In this document: piece by piece, positions 9,801 to 23,804 of the stretch | How positions within the stretch are numbered: position 1 is the first letter of the stretch | Layout: each line of letters opens with the position of its first letter | Assembly: GCA_036785375.1 (NCBI GenBank) | Contig: JAWMAR010000040.1 | Span: 6,324,001 to 6,388,000 of the forward strand | Origin: Leucoraja ocellata | Lineage: Eukaryota | DNA: 64,000 nt | Direction: 5' to 3' | Made by a program: the position numbers and the translations under genes | Notes under the pieces: generated by a model | The model's database searches: none | The model's input: only the letters and a program-made list of their open reading frames with translations | What the model was told of the DNA's origin: nothing

Positions 9801-12800
9801 TACACTGAAGTAAATAATAATTTACAACATTTTTATGCTGTACATCTTCTGCATTAAGTAATATTGAGGTGTCAGCAGGACCACAAGAAAGAAAAAAACC
9901 TCTTTAAATTGAAAATGGAATAGATGATAAAAGTTTCATTAAGATAATCTTGTCTTTCATACAGGGACAATCACATCATCAATATTGTTTAATGTACCTT
10001 TCCACCTGCTAATTCACATATCAAACTTTATGGCAAGGGTTAGTTTTGTACTTGAAAACCTGATCATTTTTTAAATGTTTCATTTTTAAGATCAGATAGT
10101 CCTGCTTCCAAAAAGAAAACAATGAATCTAACATTTCAAGTGACATTACCCATGAAAATTGTATTTTTATTCTAATCTTAATTAGTTCTGAATCTGCTAC
10201 ATATTCAGAACTATAACAATGTACCCTCATTTTATTATTCAATGTAATATTGGTGAATTATGACATATCTTTCACAGAACACAGCTAGGTTAATTTTAGT
10301 TATGTTACCATACCACAGTTAAATTATATTGCTGCAGGTTAATCAGTCTCTTTTTCTTTTCATGAGGTTATATTAGTGCCTTCCATTTGTCAACCCTGAA
10401 CTCGCATAGCCAATTTATAATTCACTAAAATATCACAATGCTTAAATTCCTATTTGGGTGTTTCCATAAAACAAAGATCATAGAGCTCTGCTCTTATGAT
10501 CCTTGCCATAAATAAGGGTACAGAGGTTTTAAAAATGAAGTATTAAGCAAACCAACATAATGAGAACTCAGAAAATCTGACCTCTACCGACGAACTGCTG
10601 TAATTACAGCTTAAATACCTGCCAGTTTTGCAATTGACAATTTGAGGTTAGCAAAGGCAGTTACATTCTAGTTACAGTGTCAGTGTACAGTGTACAATAG
10701 TTAGAAAAATGAGTAAAGTTTCACAGGTTGTTAGCTTTTCTTTATTATCTGTTCTTTATTGTTCAGAAATGTAATTTTCATAACTGCAAGGGAACATTAT
10801 CAGCTTTGTGACTCGCCATTTTAAATTCTCTGCCTGTGTATCCTTACACATTATAATAAAAGAGTTTCACAATATCTGAATTATTGACTTTATTCAACTG
10901 ACTACAACTTGGATTATCTGCTGATGCGTTCGTAGTGGAGGTTGCGGGACCCCCCTGTAGCCAAGTAAGCTGACCCCCCCCCCATACACTGTTTCCTCCC
11001 ACACTCCAAAGACATGCTAGTGAGTTGGTAAATTAGAATTATCCCATGTGTATGTGGGAAGGGAGGAGATGGACATGTCAGGAAGAAAAGGTCACAGGGA
11101 AATAAGTGGAGGAATGGGATTGAGAGCTTCCATTCATTCATTGGGTTCATAAGGAAATAAAACAATACTTGCAGACATGGTACTAATTATTTTCCGATAT
11201 GAATTTATGCTTAAAAAATATTCAAGTTAACTCCCAGACATTAACTTTAAAGCTCTTTCAGCAGATTTCTCATTTACGTTTGACAATGTGGAGAATGGGT
11301 TAAATGCTTGATTTCCATAAAATATTAATCTTTTACAATACAGCCCTTTTACCATACCTTTTGCATGTTGTGCATAACTATACACATTTGAATGTCATAT
11401 TCACCACTGCAATTCATAAAATAACCATGTATCATTTACACTTTGAAATTGTCACATTATTTCATTTCAGAATTCTGTAAATTATAATACATATTTTGAT
11501 ATTGTTTTAAAATTATTGATACTAAGAACACAAAGATGGGATATGTGATGACCAGATCTAGCGTAATGTGCATAGAAAATTCTAGTATATTGATCTCCAA
11601 GTAGCTTGCAGTCACAGCTAGGATGTCAAAGATATCTCTCTCTTACCCTCTATTAAATACCCCAAACTTCTAAATTAAAATTCAAACTTCTAAATTCGTA
11701 TATGGCACCCTAATTAACTCACTGTGAATCATCCTACCCAATGATTAAAATATTGTGGCTGAGCATGCTCATGTTTAATAACAGAAGCATGGAGTATAAA
11801 TGAGCGTAGACAGAAAATGCAGGAGTAACTCAGGGGGACAGGCAACATCTCTGGTTAGAAGGAATGGGTGGTGTTTTGGGTCGAGTCTTCTTCAGACTCC
11901 AGCATTTTGTGTCTACCTTCGATTTAAACCAGTATCTGCAGTTCTTCCTTACCCAGAGAATAAATGAGCATTGAGCCACACTGTTCAATGGTGCTAGCAA
12001 GAGCCCTCATAAGATGAGAAATCTGCAATGTTTGTTTTGTAATAGAGGCAACAAGCACAGGTACTGCGATGCAGTACATTTTCCTTTGGGGCTGAAAGAA
12101 AACTGATTTTTCTCCTAAGAAACTATTTAACAATTTGGGGCTCTTATGGAAGACGAGTTTCTCATGAGAATATAGCTCCAAGGTAGAAATCAGTCAAACA
12201 CTGCCATATCATGAAGGGTGAAATGTTTGAGCCTCTCTTAATCCGCCACTCAGAAGCCCGCAAGGGCTGTATAGTGATTTTCAAAGGCCAATTTTCTCAG
12301 TGTGGCAAAGGAGACAGATTGACAACAACGCTGTTCTATGATCACATCAGGTAAAGTCTGTCCTCTTGCATTGAGCAATATTCTCTGAAGAAAAATCAGA
12401 ATCTTGCCAATTTGTCAATATGTTTGACTCTAATATCTATAATTAATATCTAGGGTATGGGTGACAACATCTAGATCCCATTTCTTCTCTCTTACACCAT
12501 TTGATTTATATTATTGATTGATTGGACCCAAATACTGATTCTACATTCAAAATTGCTCCAGCAACACATTATAAAACATGTCATTTCAAAATGGACTGCA
12601 ACCAGTACTCGGGAATTCTGGAAACGGTAAAATATAAAGATAGTAATCGCCTATTTCATCTGGTTTTAAACGGGCAAGCTCTTATTTTAAGGTGGTGACC
12701 TGCATTTGATTCCTCCCACTTCTTTGACTCTATCTATACTTCTTGTTGCCTTAGAAAAGCAGCCAAAATAATCAGACGTCCCACCCTGGTCATTCTTCCT

Positions 12801-13049
12801 TCTCCCTGCTCCTGTCCGGCAGAAGATACAGAAGATTGAAAGCTGTACCTCTGTACAGATGACAATAATAAACCCAAACTTTAAAAAAAATCTGGATTTC
12901 TCAGGAACCTGTGCATTGCATTTGGTAAAGAGTATGTTTTGAATTATTTTTATTATCTTGCAATTTGATTATTAAAGTGTTTTATTATTTCAGATACTTC
13001 TAATATATTTTAACGGTTCAAGTTTTTTGACGGAAATTCTGAGGACATA

Positions 13050-13510
13050 ATTTGAAGGACTGTATGCAGTTCTGATCATCCAGTTGCAAGAAGAACTTCA
13101 TTGTTGGAAAGAGTGCTTAGAAGATTCACCAGGATGTTACCTGGGCATGCAGGCGTGAGTTATAGAGAGGTTGGATAGGCTGGGACCTTTTTCTTTGGAG
13201 AATGGGAGGCTAAGGATGTACAAGATCATGAGGGGCATGAATATAATTAATGTTCTCAGTCTTTTTCCCAAGGTAGCGGATTCTAAAACTGAAAGACATT
13301 CTCGTAAGTTGAGAGGGGTGAAATTGAAGACGAACCTCAGGCAAACCTTTCACTCGGGGTGATCCACATCTGGAGTGAGCTGCCAGAGAAAATATGTTTT
13401 GACAGATACATGGATAGAAAGAGTTTAGAGGGCTATGGGTCAAATAGTAATAGACCAGTATTCCAACTTTATCAGCATGGGCTAGGTGGGCTGAAGGGCT
13501 GTTTCCATGC
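13050..13510 (+). mobile_element. CR1-type LINE 3' fragment
   Basis: Degenerate LERV.RRFTRMLPG...DRLG.FSLE..RL.MYKIMRG. Confidence 0.75.
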
Positions 13511-14319
13511 AAAATGTTAAAATAATGCAATCTAATGAAAAATAGCTTCGCAATTTATGAATTTTCACTTAACAAAATTCAGGAATGGGACATTTTAGTA
13601 AATCAAATCAAAAAAATAAGTAAAACAAAAGTAAAATAAAGTTTTAAAGAAGTAAAACTTGAATTCAAATTTTAAATTGTATGAACATGCGTGTTTTGTT
13701 ACATCTCATAATTTACAGACAGTACCAGTTTTTTTTTTTAGCTATCATTGCTCAAAGAGTCTGCAGTATGCCTGTCAATTTCAAAAGTAACTTTAAAGTG
13801 ATTCCCAAGTTGCCCATTGAAATCACATTATAACCAATTCAGCCCACGCAATGCAAGTAATGTCCCCAACTTCATTAATTGCGTTATATTTAATCTGTGA
13901 TAATGGAAATGCACATTATAGCAGAACAACTGTACTACAAAAGGTTTGTCAACCATTAATGCATCAAGCTGTAGGTTTAGTTTAAATGAACAGATTACTT
14001 CAATTCCCATTTCAGTTCATCAGATCTGTCCTGTCAGCAAATAGTGAACATACTTTACATATCATATTATTGTATATATTGTTGCCAGCTACAAGGATTT
14101 GAATTTGTTCCTTCACGCCTAGAATAACTACTAACATTTAAAAAAACATTTAAACATCAAACAATTATAATTGTAAGCAATATGGCCACATTTGATTTAT
14201 ATGGACACACCTGGTTCAATAACTGAAGTATATGCAGAGGGATAAATTAATAAATGTACAAGTTTGGCAATAAAGTTTAAGTGCATAAAATCAGTGTTTA
14301 CCACCTATGGCTTGCAAAC

Positions 14320-14795
14320 CATATAACCATATAACAATTACAGCACGGAAACAGGCCACCTCGACCCTTCTAATCCGTGCCGAACACATAATCTCCCCTA
14401 GTCCCATATACCTGCGCTCAGACCATAACCCTCCATTCCCTTCCCGTCCATATAACTATCCAATTTATTTTTAAATGATAAAAACGAACCTGCCTCCACC
14501 ACCTTCACTGGAAGCTCATTCCACACAGCTACCACTCTCTGAGTAAAGAAGTTCCCCCTCATGTTACCCCTAAACTTCAGTCCCTTAATTCTCAAGTCAT
14601 GTCCCCTTGTTTGAATCTTCCCTACTCTCAGTGGGAAAAGCTTTTCCACATCAACTCTGTCTATCCCTCTCATCATTTTAAAAACCTCTATCAAGTCCCC
14701 CCTTAACCTTCTGCGCTCCAAAGAATAAAGCCCTAACTTGTTCAACCTTTCTCTGTAACTTAGTTGCTGAAACCCAGGCAACATTCTAGTAAATT
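14320..14795 (-). mobile_element. Young CR1 (HER1-like) LINE 3' end
   Basis: Intact 128-aa ORF2 C-terminus MLPGFQQLSYRERLNKLGLYSLERRRLRGDLIEVFK...NFFTQRVVAVWNELP, plus short tandem-repeat tail. Confidence 0.9.
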
Positions 14796-15299
14796 ATATT
14801 ATATTAGCGTACTGTTTTAACATGATCATAATCAACAGGGGAGGTATTCTGCCTTCTGTACTTGGTGTGGGCGAGATGTAACTCTAGACCTTCCATTGTG
14901 GTTAATTTTTAAGAGTCCCCTGAAATCACCACCAAGCTATTTGACAATTAGGGATGGGTAAGAGATGCTAAGCTTGTCAAGTGATTAAAAAAAGGAATAG
15001 AAGATTTATAAATCAGGTGAACATTGGTCCACCTAGTCCAATGACCGGCAGTGTCAATGAACAAATGTCTTTTAAATTTGGTGGGTCAGGAGATACACAT
15101 TGCAGCCAATGGCCGATCAGGCTTCAGATCTCTGTACTGTTTGTTTTAATCAATTAATGCTGTAATGATGCTCCCAGCTTTCTCACTGATGATATGTTAG
15201 CATAAAAGCATGTTCCGTATACATGAATAACATGCTCTCCGTGTTGCCAACGTAACTAAGTTACCTTTGTGGAGCCAAAGGAAGTAATGGTCTTCCATT

Positions 15300-17880
15300 G
15301 TTCCACTGGGTCTTCCCCTTCCCCCTCAAACCAGGTGACCCCAGCTATTCCCCACCCGCACTACAGTCCTCATACCCCCCTCCTCCCTGACCATCTACCA
15401 CCCCCCTACCAGACATCGCCTCGGCCTCCGTCCACTCACCTGCCTTCCTCTGGCCCCAACCCCATCCTTGCCGTGTGTTCACCATCCCCCCTGACCTCCC
15501 CCTCTCGGATACCGAACGGTCTGTCCTCAGCAGAGGCCTCACCTTTGTCCCCCCCCCATCCCCACCTCAATGAGTTCTGCATCCGCCAAGATGTGGAGCT
15601 CTTCTTCCGTCGCCTCCCCATCAAAGCGTTTTCCATGGAAAGGAGTCCTCGCCCCTAGTGATGACCCCTTCTCCCATCTCCAACGGACCCCCTCCTCTTG
15701 GAGTCTTTCTCATGGCCATCTACCGGCTTTAGACCTTTTTATTTTAAACTGCCGGCGGGACATCAATCGCCTCAACTTCTCCACTCCCCTTTCTCACTAT
15801 AACCTCTCGCCCCCTGAACGTACTGCCCACCGCTCACTCTGCAACAACCTAGACTTGGTGATCAAACCTGCCAACAAGGGAGGTGCCGTGGTAGTCTGGC
15901 GTGCTGATGTCTACAAGGCTGAGGCCACGAGCCAACTCTCAGACATCTCCTATTTATCCTTGGACCATGACCCCACAGACGAGCACCAGACCACAATCTC
16001 TAACACTATCACTGGCTTCATCACTTCCGGCTCCCTACCCTCCCAAGCCTCCAACCTCATCGTTCCCCAGCCCCGCACAGCCCGATTTCACATTCTCCCC
16101 AAAATCCACAAACCTGACTGTCCTGGCAGACCCATTGTTTCTGCCTGTTTGTGCCCCACCAAACTTATTTCTACATACCTCGACTCCATCCTATCCCCCT
16201 AGTTAAATCCCTCCCTACCCATGTTCAACACACCTCACACACTCTTCGTCTCCTCCATGACTTCTGTTTTCTAGGCCCCCATTCCCTCATCTTCACCATG
16301 GATGTCCAGTCACTCTACACCTCAATCCCCCAACAGGAGGGTCTTAAAGCCCTCCTTTTCTTCCTCGACCGCAGAACCAACCAATCCCCGTCTACTGATA
16401 CTCTCCTCTGCCTAGCGGAGCTGGTCCTTACCCTTAACAACTTTCCATTTGACTCCTCCCATTTCCTCCAAATCCAAGGCGTAGCTATAGGCACGCGCAT
16501 GGGCCCAAGCTATGCCTGCCTCTTTGTAGGGTACATCGAACAATCCTGGTTCGAGGCATACCATGGCCCTATCCTGAAACTCTACCTCCGCTACATTGAC
16601 GACTGCATTGGTGCTACCTCCTGCACCCATACAGAACTTCATCCATTTCACCACTAACTTCCATTCGGTACTCAAATACACCTGGACCATTTTCGGCATC
16701 TCCCTACCGTTTCTAGACCTCACGATCTCCATCGCAGGTGACAGACTACTGATCGACATCTACTATAAAACCATTGACTCCCATGGCTATCTGGACTACA
16801 CCTCTTCCCACCCTGCTTCCTGTAAGGACTCCACCCCCTACACCCAATTCCTCCATGTACGCCCAATATGCACCCAGGACGAGGTGTTCCACACCAGGGC
16901 ATCGGAGATGTCTTCATTCTTCAGGGAATGGGGGTTCCCATTTCTACTATAGATGAGGCTCTCCCCAGGGTCTCTTCTGTACCCCGTAACTCTGCTCTCA
17001 CTCTCCATCTCCCCCACTCGTAACAAGGGCAGAGTCCCCATTGTACTTACCTTCCACCTTACCAGCCATCACATACAACAAATAATCCTCCGCCATTTTC
17101 GACACCTAGAACGGGATCCCACCACTGGCCACATCTTCCCATCTCCTCCCCTTTCGGCTTTCCGCAGAGACTGCTCCCTCTGTAACTCCCTGGTCAATTT
17201 GTCCCTTCCCACTCAAACCACCCCCTCTCCTGGCACTTTCCCTTGCAACCGCAGGAAATGTTACACTTGTCGCTTTACCTCCCCCCTTGACTCCATCCAA
17301 AGACCCAAGCAGTCCTTCCAGGTGCGGAAGAATTTCACTTGCACCTTCTCCAACCTCATCTACTGCACCCGCTGCTCTAGGTGTCAGCTGCTCTACATCG
17401 GTGAGACCAAGCGTAGGCTTGGCGATCGCTTCGCCCAACACCTCCACTCAGTTTGCAATAACGAACCTGATCTCCCGGTGGCTCAGCACTTCAACTCCCC
17501 TTCCCATTCCGAATCTGACCTTTCTGTCCTGGGCCTCCATGACCAGAATGAGGCCCATCGTAAATTGGAGGAACAGCAACTCATATTTCGCTTGGGTATT
17601 TTACACCCCAGCGGTATGAACATTGACTTCTCCAATTTCAGGTGGTCCCTGCTTTCTCCTTCTTTCCCCTCTCCTTCCCAGCTCTCCCACTGCCCACTGT
17701 CTCCGGCTCTTCCTTTCTTCTTCCCGCCCCCCCCCCCCCCCACCCACATATCAGTTTGAAGAAGGGTCGCGATCCGAAACGTCGCCTAGTTCCTTCGCTC
17801 CATAGATACTGCCTCATCCGCTGAGTTTCTCCAGTATTTTTGTCTTCCTTCGACTTTCCAGCATCTGCAGTTTCTTCTTA
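15300..17880 (+). mobile_element. Penelope-like retroelement (RT + GIY-YIG endonuclease), inactivated by stops and frameshifts
   Basis: KPANKGGAVVV, LPKIHK..PGRPIVS, MDVQSLYTSIP, QGVAIGTRMGPSYA, YLRYIDD; then NLIYCTRCSRCQLLYIGETKRRL..RF..H and E...IFRLG.LHP.GMN (GIY-YIG); terminal repeat at 17750-17880. Confidence 0.9.
17752..17790 (+). ncRNA. Minimal type-I hammerhead ribozyme-like motif in the Penelope terminal repeat (first core C changed to U)
   Basis: gt-TTGAAGA-aGGGTC-gc-GATCC-GAAA-cg-TC: CUGANGA/GAAA/UH layout with a stem II hairpin and palindromic ACGT stem III. Confidence 0.6.
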
Positions 17881-17886
17881 AACTAA

Positions 17887-18421
17887 AGGGGCTGTCCTGC
17901 TTGGGCAACTTAATCCGCGAGTTCTGGCGAGTTTGCCCTCGACTCATACTCGCAGCACGGTCGACATGAGGTCCTAGGAGGTCTTTGTAACTATCCTTCA
18001 TGCTCGAGAGTAGTCCCCGTGTACCCGAGGCCTCAGCTAGGTCGTGGCATATTTTTGGAAAAATGCCCGCGAGTAAAAAAAGCTCGCCATGGAAAAAAAA
18101 AAAAAAATCGGTACTTTTTTTACTCGGTTTAGTCGTAGTAGGTCGGCATGTTAGTCGTAGGTAACCGAGGGTAGTCAAAGGTAATCAAAGGTAGTCAAAG
18201 GTAATCGTAGATAGGCTGATAATCGAAGGGAGGTCAAAGGGAGGTCAAAAGAGATCATCTTCACTCTCCACTATTCGGTGTCCAATTTTCCCGAAGTTAT
18301 TCGTAGCTAGTCATAGCTAGTCGAAGCTAGTCTTCAACATAGTCGAAGGAGATCTTCAACACGACATTTTTTCAAACTCTCCTAAACTCACCAATTAGGT
18401 CGCCCAAGTGGGACTGCCCCA
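17887..18421. mobile_element. Non-autonomous DNA transposon (PIF/Harbinger-like MITE)
   Basis: Imperfect TIRs ggggctgtcctgcttgggcaacttaat / attaggtcgcccaagtgggactgcccc; preceded by TAA; internal 10-bp repeats (gtagtcaaag)n. Confidence 0.65.
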
Positions 18422-18424
18422 TAA

Positions 18425-18522
18425 TGGTAGACAAAAGTGCTGGAGAAACTCAGCGGGTGCAGCAGCATCTATGGAGCAAAGGAAATATGCAACTTTTCAG
18501 GCCGAAACCCTTCTTCAGACCC
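18425..18522 (-). ncRNA. Inverted Penelope terminal-repeat copy with intact hammerhead core motifs
   Basis: Minus strand reads gt-CTGAAGA-aGGGT-ttcg-GCCT-GAAA-agttgc. Confidence 0.55.
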
Positions 18523-19231
18523 TTCTGCCCCTTAATGGTCTTCCTAGATCTTCTATAACATCATCAAGGATTTGTTCCACCCCGCTCAATCTTTCTTCTC
18601 CCTGTTCCCGTCAGGCAAAAGGTACAGAAATTTGAAAATGTGCTCCATCAGACTCAGGAACAGCATCTTCCCCTCTGTTCTCAAGTTTCCATATGCAAGG
18701 GTGCTGTCCGATTCAAAAAAAAATGTGGATGCATATATGGATAGCAGGTGTTATTTAGAGGGCTTCGGGCCAATTGCAGGCAATTTGGACTAACCCAATA
18801 TGACAACTTGGTCAAGGTGGGCCGAATGACCTATGCTATACAGCTCTATGACACAACATTCAGGTTGACTTTAAATTGCCATTGAGGCAGGCCTACCAAG
18901 CTACCAACACTCTTTTCAAATTTCATAATTTTAAATGGAAATGAATTTTCCTCAGAATATGGGCAATATCAAGTTCTCCCTGAAAGCTATTACAGTAAGT
19001 AATGTTACTTTGTGTAAATTAAGTAATATGCACCTGTTACTTATGGTAACTTTACAATGGAGAAAATTTGTAAATGGTATAAAGCCCACAAAGGCCAACT
19101 CTTATATTGAGATTTTAAACAGAATATACTTCCATGCAGATTCCAATATAAATTCTCAGAGTCCTGTAATGCCACATTATTTGTTGGAATAATTCTGCAC
19201 AGGCTGGTGTGATTAAAGATATAAGGTAAAT

Positions 19232-19542
19232 TTAAACCCGCAGTTTGAATGACTTCTCAATAATTTCATTGGTCTTTTCATGTCGAACTTCACAAACATA
19301 ATTTACCGAATTTTTTTCCATGAGAATTGGCAGCTTTGTGATTGTCGAGTACAGTCCATTTTTGTCTATTTCGGGCTTTCCCATAATTTGATAATCCGTG
19401 CAATCGTTCGATGTCTTGTACCAAACAACTTCTATATCCTTTGGGCAAAAATGTTCAATCCTGCAACCAAGAGTATATTTTCCACCTATTTTGAGTCGAT
19501 CATTGTCACAGTTGGTAAAACTTGATACTTTAGGAGCCACAG
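19232..19542 (-). CDS. Terminal exon, Ig C1-set domain of an Ig-superfamily gene (B7-H6/NCR3LG1-position gene)
   Basis: Acceptor caatttttccacAG, phase 1. VAPKVS...YTLGCRIEHFCPKDIEVVWYK...DKNGLYSTITKL...NYVCEVRHEKT...SFKLRV* has the C..F.P..I.V.W and Y.C.V.H C1 signature. Confidence 0.85.
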
Positions 19543-20724
19543 CTGTGGAAAAATTGAAATCACAAATATCAAATACAAGTTAAAGTCATGCTTACTTTAT
19601 GTTCCAAAGTGACCTGGGCAAACAAAATAATGTTATTCCGCTTGGTTAGCTTACAACTCAATGGTGATGAACAGTGGAGACTTCTATTTTTGGTATTTAA
19701 CCTTACAAACACCCCTTGCCCTTTTTACTGCCCTCACCTTTTTTTTTAAACCCTCTCTACCCTGTGCCCCACCTGGATGCACACCCGATTCTTCCTTTCC
19801 CCTTCTCTTTGCCCTCATCCACCCACACTACTTCCTCTGGCTTCAAATTTCATGCCTCTTCTATCCTCTTTTGAAACTTTTTTTTTTGTTGCATTTCTGG
19901 CCTTTGTCCAACCATCTGACAATCAAAAACCTCACCTATATCGATCTATCACATGCCAGGCTTTGTCCTACCCCCACCTCGCTTCTGGCTTTCCCCCGCC
20001 CCCCATGGTGCCACCCTTTTTTGCAGTGAAATCCTATTTCTATAGTCGGTGCCAATAATATCAACACACAAGGCCCAAATTCAAACTAACTACCCATTAC
20101 CAAACACAGAGCTGCTGCCTCAGCACCAGAAACCCAGGCTTGATCCTGACCTCAGGTGCTGTGTGTGTGTGTGTGGAGTTTGCACAGTACCCACGAGACT
20201 GTGTGGATTTCCTCCAGGTGCTCCCGTTTTCTCCCATACCCCAAAGAAGTGTCGGGCCCCACCTTTGATTAGACCATAGAACAGTACAGCATAGAGACAG
20301 GCCGTTCGACCTACAATGTTTGTGCTGAACATTATGCAAAATGAACATAATTTCCTCTGCCTGCATGTTATCCATATCCCTCCATTCCCTGTATATCCAT
20401 GTGCCTATCGAATAGTCTCTGAAAGGCCACTAACATATCTGCCTCCACCACCACTCCAGGCAGCATATTCAAGGCACCCTCTACTCATTGTGTAAAAAAC
20501 CTTGCCTCGCACATTAAACTTTGCCCCTCTCACTTTAAAGCTATGTATGCTCGTCTTTAACTGTCGAACTTATCTTTGCCTCTCATAATTTTATACACCG
20601 GCATTTCTCACAGGTCTCCCTGCAATTTCCAGTTCCAAAGAAAACACTAGGGTTACCCAACCTCGCTTGACAGCTACTACCCACTAATCCAGGCATCATT
20701 CTGGTAAGCCTCTTCTAGACACCT

Positions 20725-21010
20725 GGTAGCAGTGCTGCCTTACAGTGCCAGAGACCTGGGTCTGATCCTGACTCTAGGTGCTGTCTGTACGGAGTTTGCT
20801 CGTTCTCCCCGTTATTGCATGGGTTTTCTCCGGGTGCTCCGATTTCCACCCGCATTCCAAAGGCGTACAGATTTGTAGGTTACTTGGCTTTGGCAAGAAT
20901 TGTAAATTGTCCCTAGTGTGTATGATAATGTTAGTGTACGAGGTGATCATTGGTCGGCCGGATCCTGTGGGCTGTTTCTGCGCTGTATCTCTAAACTAAA
21001 CTAGACTAAT
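20725..21010 (+). mobile_element. V-SINE (HE1-like) with (aaact)n tail
   Basis: tRNA-like head, V-domain, ctgtatctctaaactaaact tail. Confidence 0.75.
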
Positions 21011-21049
21011 CACCCAAAAATAAGATGTTTCGACTATAAATCTGTGTAA

Positions 21050-21250
21050 AGGGCCTGTCCCACTTGGGTGTTATTTCCGCGTTATTTATGCAACATCATT
21101 TATGCGTCACGACGCGACATCATTTACGTGTCACGTCCGTGTCGTGACGCTCGCATGGCATGCATTACGGGCGCATTGCGCGATGGTGAGACGTGGTGGC
21201 GTAGGCAGTGAAGCTCGTGACGCCCCAGGATTTTGGGATTCACTTAAGGC
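21050..21250 (+). mobile_element. Harbinger-like MITE fragment, CpG-rich
   Basis: Starts taa-agggcctgtcccacttggg, the same TIR type as 17887-18421; rich in cgtca/tgacg. Confidence 0.5.
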
Positions 21251-21636
21251 GATGAACAACAAAAGCTAAACAAAAATACAAAGTGCTGGAGTAACAGCGT
21301 GTCAGGCTGCATCTCTGGAAGACATGGATAAACAATGTTTTAGTTTGGGACCCTTCTTCATACTGACTTTAGCAGGGGTAGTGAAAGCTAGACAAGTGAG
21401 AGTGGGACAAAGCCTTGCAAATGATAGGTAGATTCAGGTGAGAGTTTTTCATTGGCAGATGTGTGGACAAAGGCCAGAGATGGAAAGTAGATAAAAGGGT
21501 GTTTGTGTCAACAACAAAAGCCATTCTCCTGCACGCATTGTAAAACCTTTACCGTCTTCAATGTTGGTTATATACAAATTTAGAATAATAACTTATCAAA
21601 ATATAGTTAAACAAATCATTTTCACAACACACTCAC

Positions 21637-21948
21637 CTTTTAGGGGCAGTTGAGTACGCCTTTTGAATGCTTCATTATTATAACGATCTTTACACAGAAA
21701 GATTAACTCTCTTTCAAAGTCTTCCGCGGTTACTAAAAATTTAAGGCAACTCTCTACTTTGTAATTGTTGTCACCGGTACTCACAAAACCTGAATTAGTT
21801 ACTCCACTTTTCACAGGCTCAGATCCTCTATACCATTCAAAAATGAAATCCTTTCTTAAGAGGCCATGTATGGAACAAGATATGGATAAATGTTCACCAA
21901 ACCATGGGATCTCTGGCACCATTTTGAAGTCTGAAATTGTTGGTGAGC
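21637..21948 (-). CDS. Internal exon, Ig C1-like domain
   Basis: Acceptor ttttcttttcattatAG, donor AAAG/GTGAGT, 312 bp, phase 1-1; SPTISDF...GEHLSISCSIHG...FEWYRG...NYKVESCLKFLVTAED. Confidence 0.85.
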
Positions 21949-23804
21949 CTATAATGAAAAGAAAATGTATTTAAAACATAGAATAGTACAGCACAGGAAC
22001 AGGCCCTTCGGCCAACCAATGTCTGTGCCAATCATGATACCAAGCCCAATTCTTATCTGCCTGCACGTGATCCTTCCATTCCCTGTATATCCATGTGACT
22101 ATTTAAAAGCCTCTTAAACACCATTATTTCCACTGCCCACCATCACCCCCGGCGCCCCCACTGCATTCCAGGCACCCAGGTTAGGCTTAAAGGGATGACA
22201 ATTTTATTTCACTCAGAGGGTTGACCGTATCTGGAATGAGCTGCCAGAGGAAGCTATAGAAGCGGATGTAATTATAACTTTTAAAAGATATTGGATAGAT
22301 GTATGGAGAGGAAAATTTTTCAGAGGGCTATGAACCAAATGCAGGAAAATGGGATTTTCCCAGACTGCCAAATTAGTCAGCATGGACAAGGCAGGCCGAA
22401 GGGCCTGTTTCTATGCTTGCCAACTCTACGACTCTGACTAAACGGTGGATGCGTGACAAGATAGGTCTGATCCACTTTGTATTTCATCCTCAGGTTTGCT
22501 AGAAAAACTAACGTCAATGACTGTCCCATTCAATCCAGTGGAAATAGGTAAATTCAGCATTTTAATTTTAGTGTTAATTATTTGTTAGAGTTTTAATGTG
22601 TTAATATTTGTTTACGCATATATTTAAAGTCTTTTTATAACCGTTACATATTTCAGACAAATTTAAAGGTACTCTACATCCACCGAGCTGTCACTAGCTG
22701 CCAAGATGTCCTGGGAGGCTCGAGTGCATCGTGGATAGGGCTGATGATATCGTAATCTGATGGTCAGTGTTACAATGACGCAATACTTTGTAAACTGAAT
22801 ATATAATAAAAGCTCCTTGTTGAAGGGGAAACATTGTTTCCTGGATCCAAGAAATCAGGAAGCAATGCGGAGATCTGTAACAGTACAAGATGACGAGGGG
22901 GCATGGATAAAGTGGATTCACAGTCATTTTACAAAGTTGTCACTCCTCCACCATTTAATCATAGTCAAAGTGCTGTACAGCATGGAAACAGGCCCTTCGG
23001 CTAGTCCTGTTTGCCCGCATTTCTCTATGTACAGCATGGCCTACCAGCTCCTCTAAAGAGTTAAAAACTACATTTTAACATTTTAATATTACAAAAAAAT
23101 TACAAATGTTAAAAGAATCAAATTAATATCATTAGTCGGTCAGGCTCTTAATCAGCATATAGGACGATAATCTGCTTTCGACACCAAAAGCAAGAAGCAA
23201 TATGTGTACCAGAACCCTTTTGTATCTAAAAAAGCATTGGTGAGACCTATGTGCAGAATGAAACACACTGCCCTCTCTGCACAACCAAGAAAAAGGGGCA
23301 CCCATACAAAATCGACAGTCACAGAGAACCTGCAAACTCCACACGCAGCCAGTACCCGAGGTCAGGATTAAAGCTGGGTCTCTGGCCCTGTGAGGCAGCA
23401 GCTCTAGCAGCTATGCCACTGTACTGCCCAAAAATTGAATTATTCCTTTTCAAAACAATAGATATTTTAAAAATACAATATTAGAAAATTACAGCAAAGT
23501 CCCACGTTACAGCCTTTTGTGTGAATTCTGTAATTCACCTTTACAAAATTCATAAATCACTACCCAAAATCGTTAAAATGAAATAAAATTTGCTCTCATG
23601 CAATTTATGAGGAAAGAAAAACAAAATCTATTATGGGAAAACACCATAAGGGCCGTTTTCTGTGTTACCAGTATGATGTTATTGCACTCAAATAACTCTC
23701 AATTAACTTTTTCAGGTCTTAGAATCTGCTCTTGCTGATTATGATTTCCAAATAACAGCTGGAATTCATTTTACCACAGCTTGATAAAGAGAACCTTAAC
23801 TCAC

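Noticed and set aside
22680-23056. Possible additional Ig exon (SVTVQDDEG resembles a V-domain E-F strand)
   Set aside because: Wrong strand for the Ig gene, no Cys/Trp framework and no convincing splice sites.
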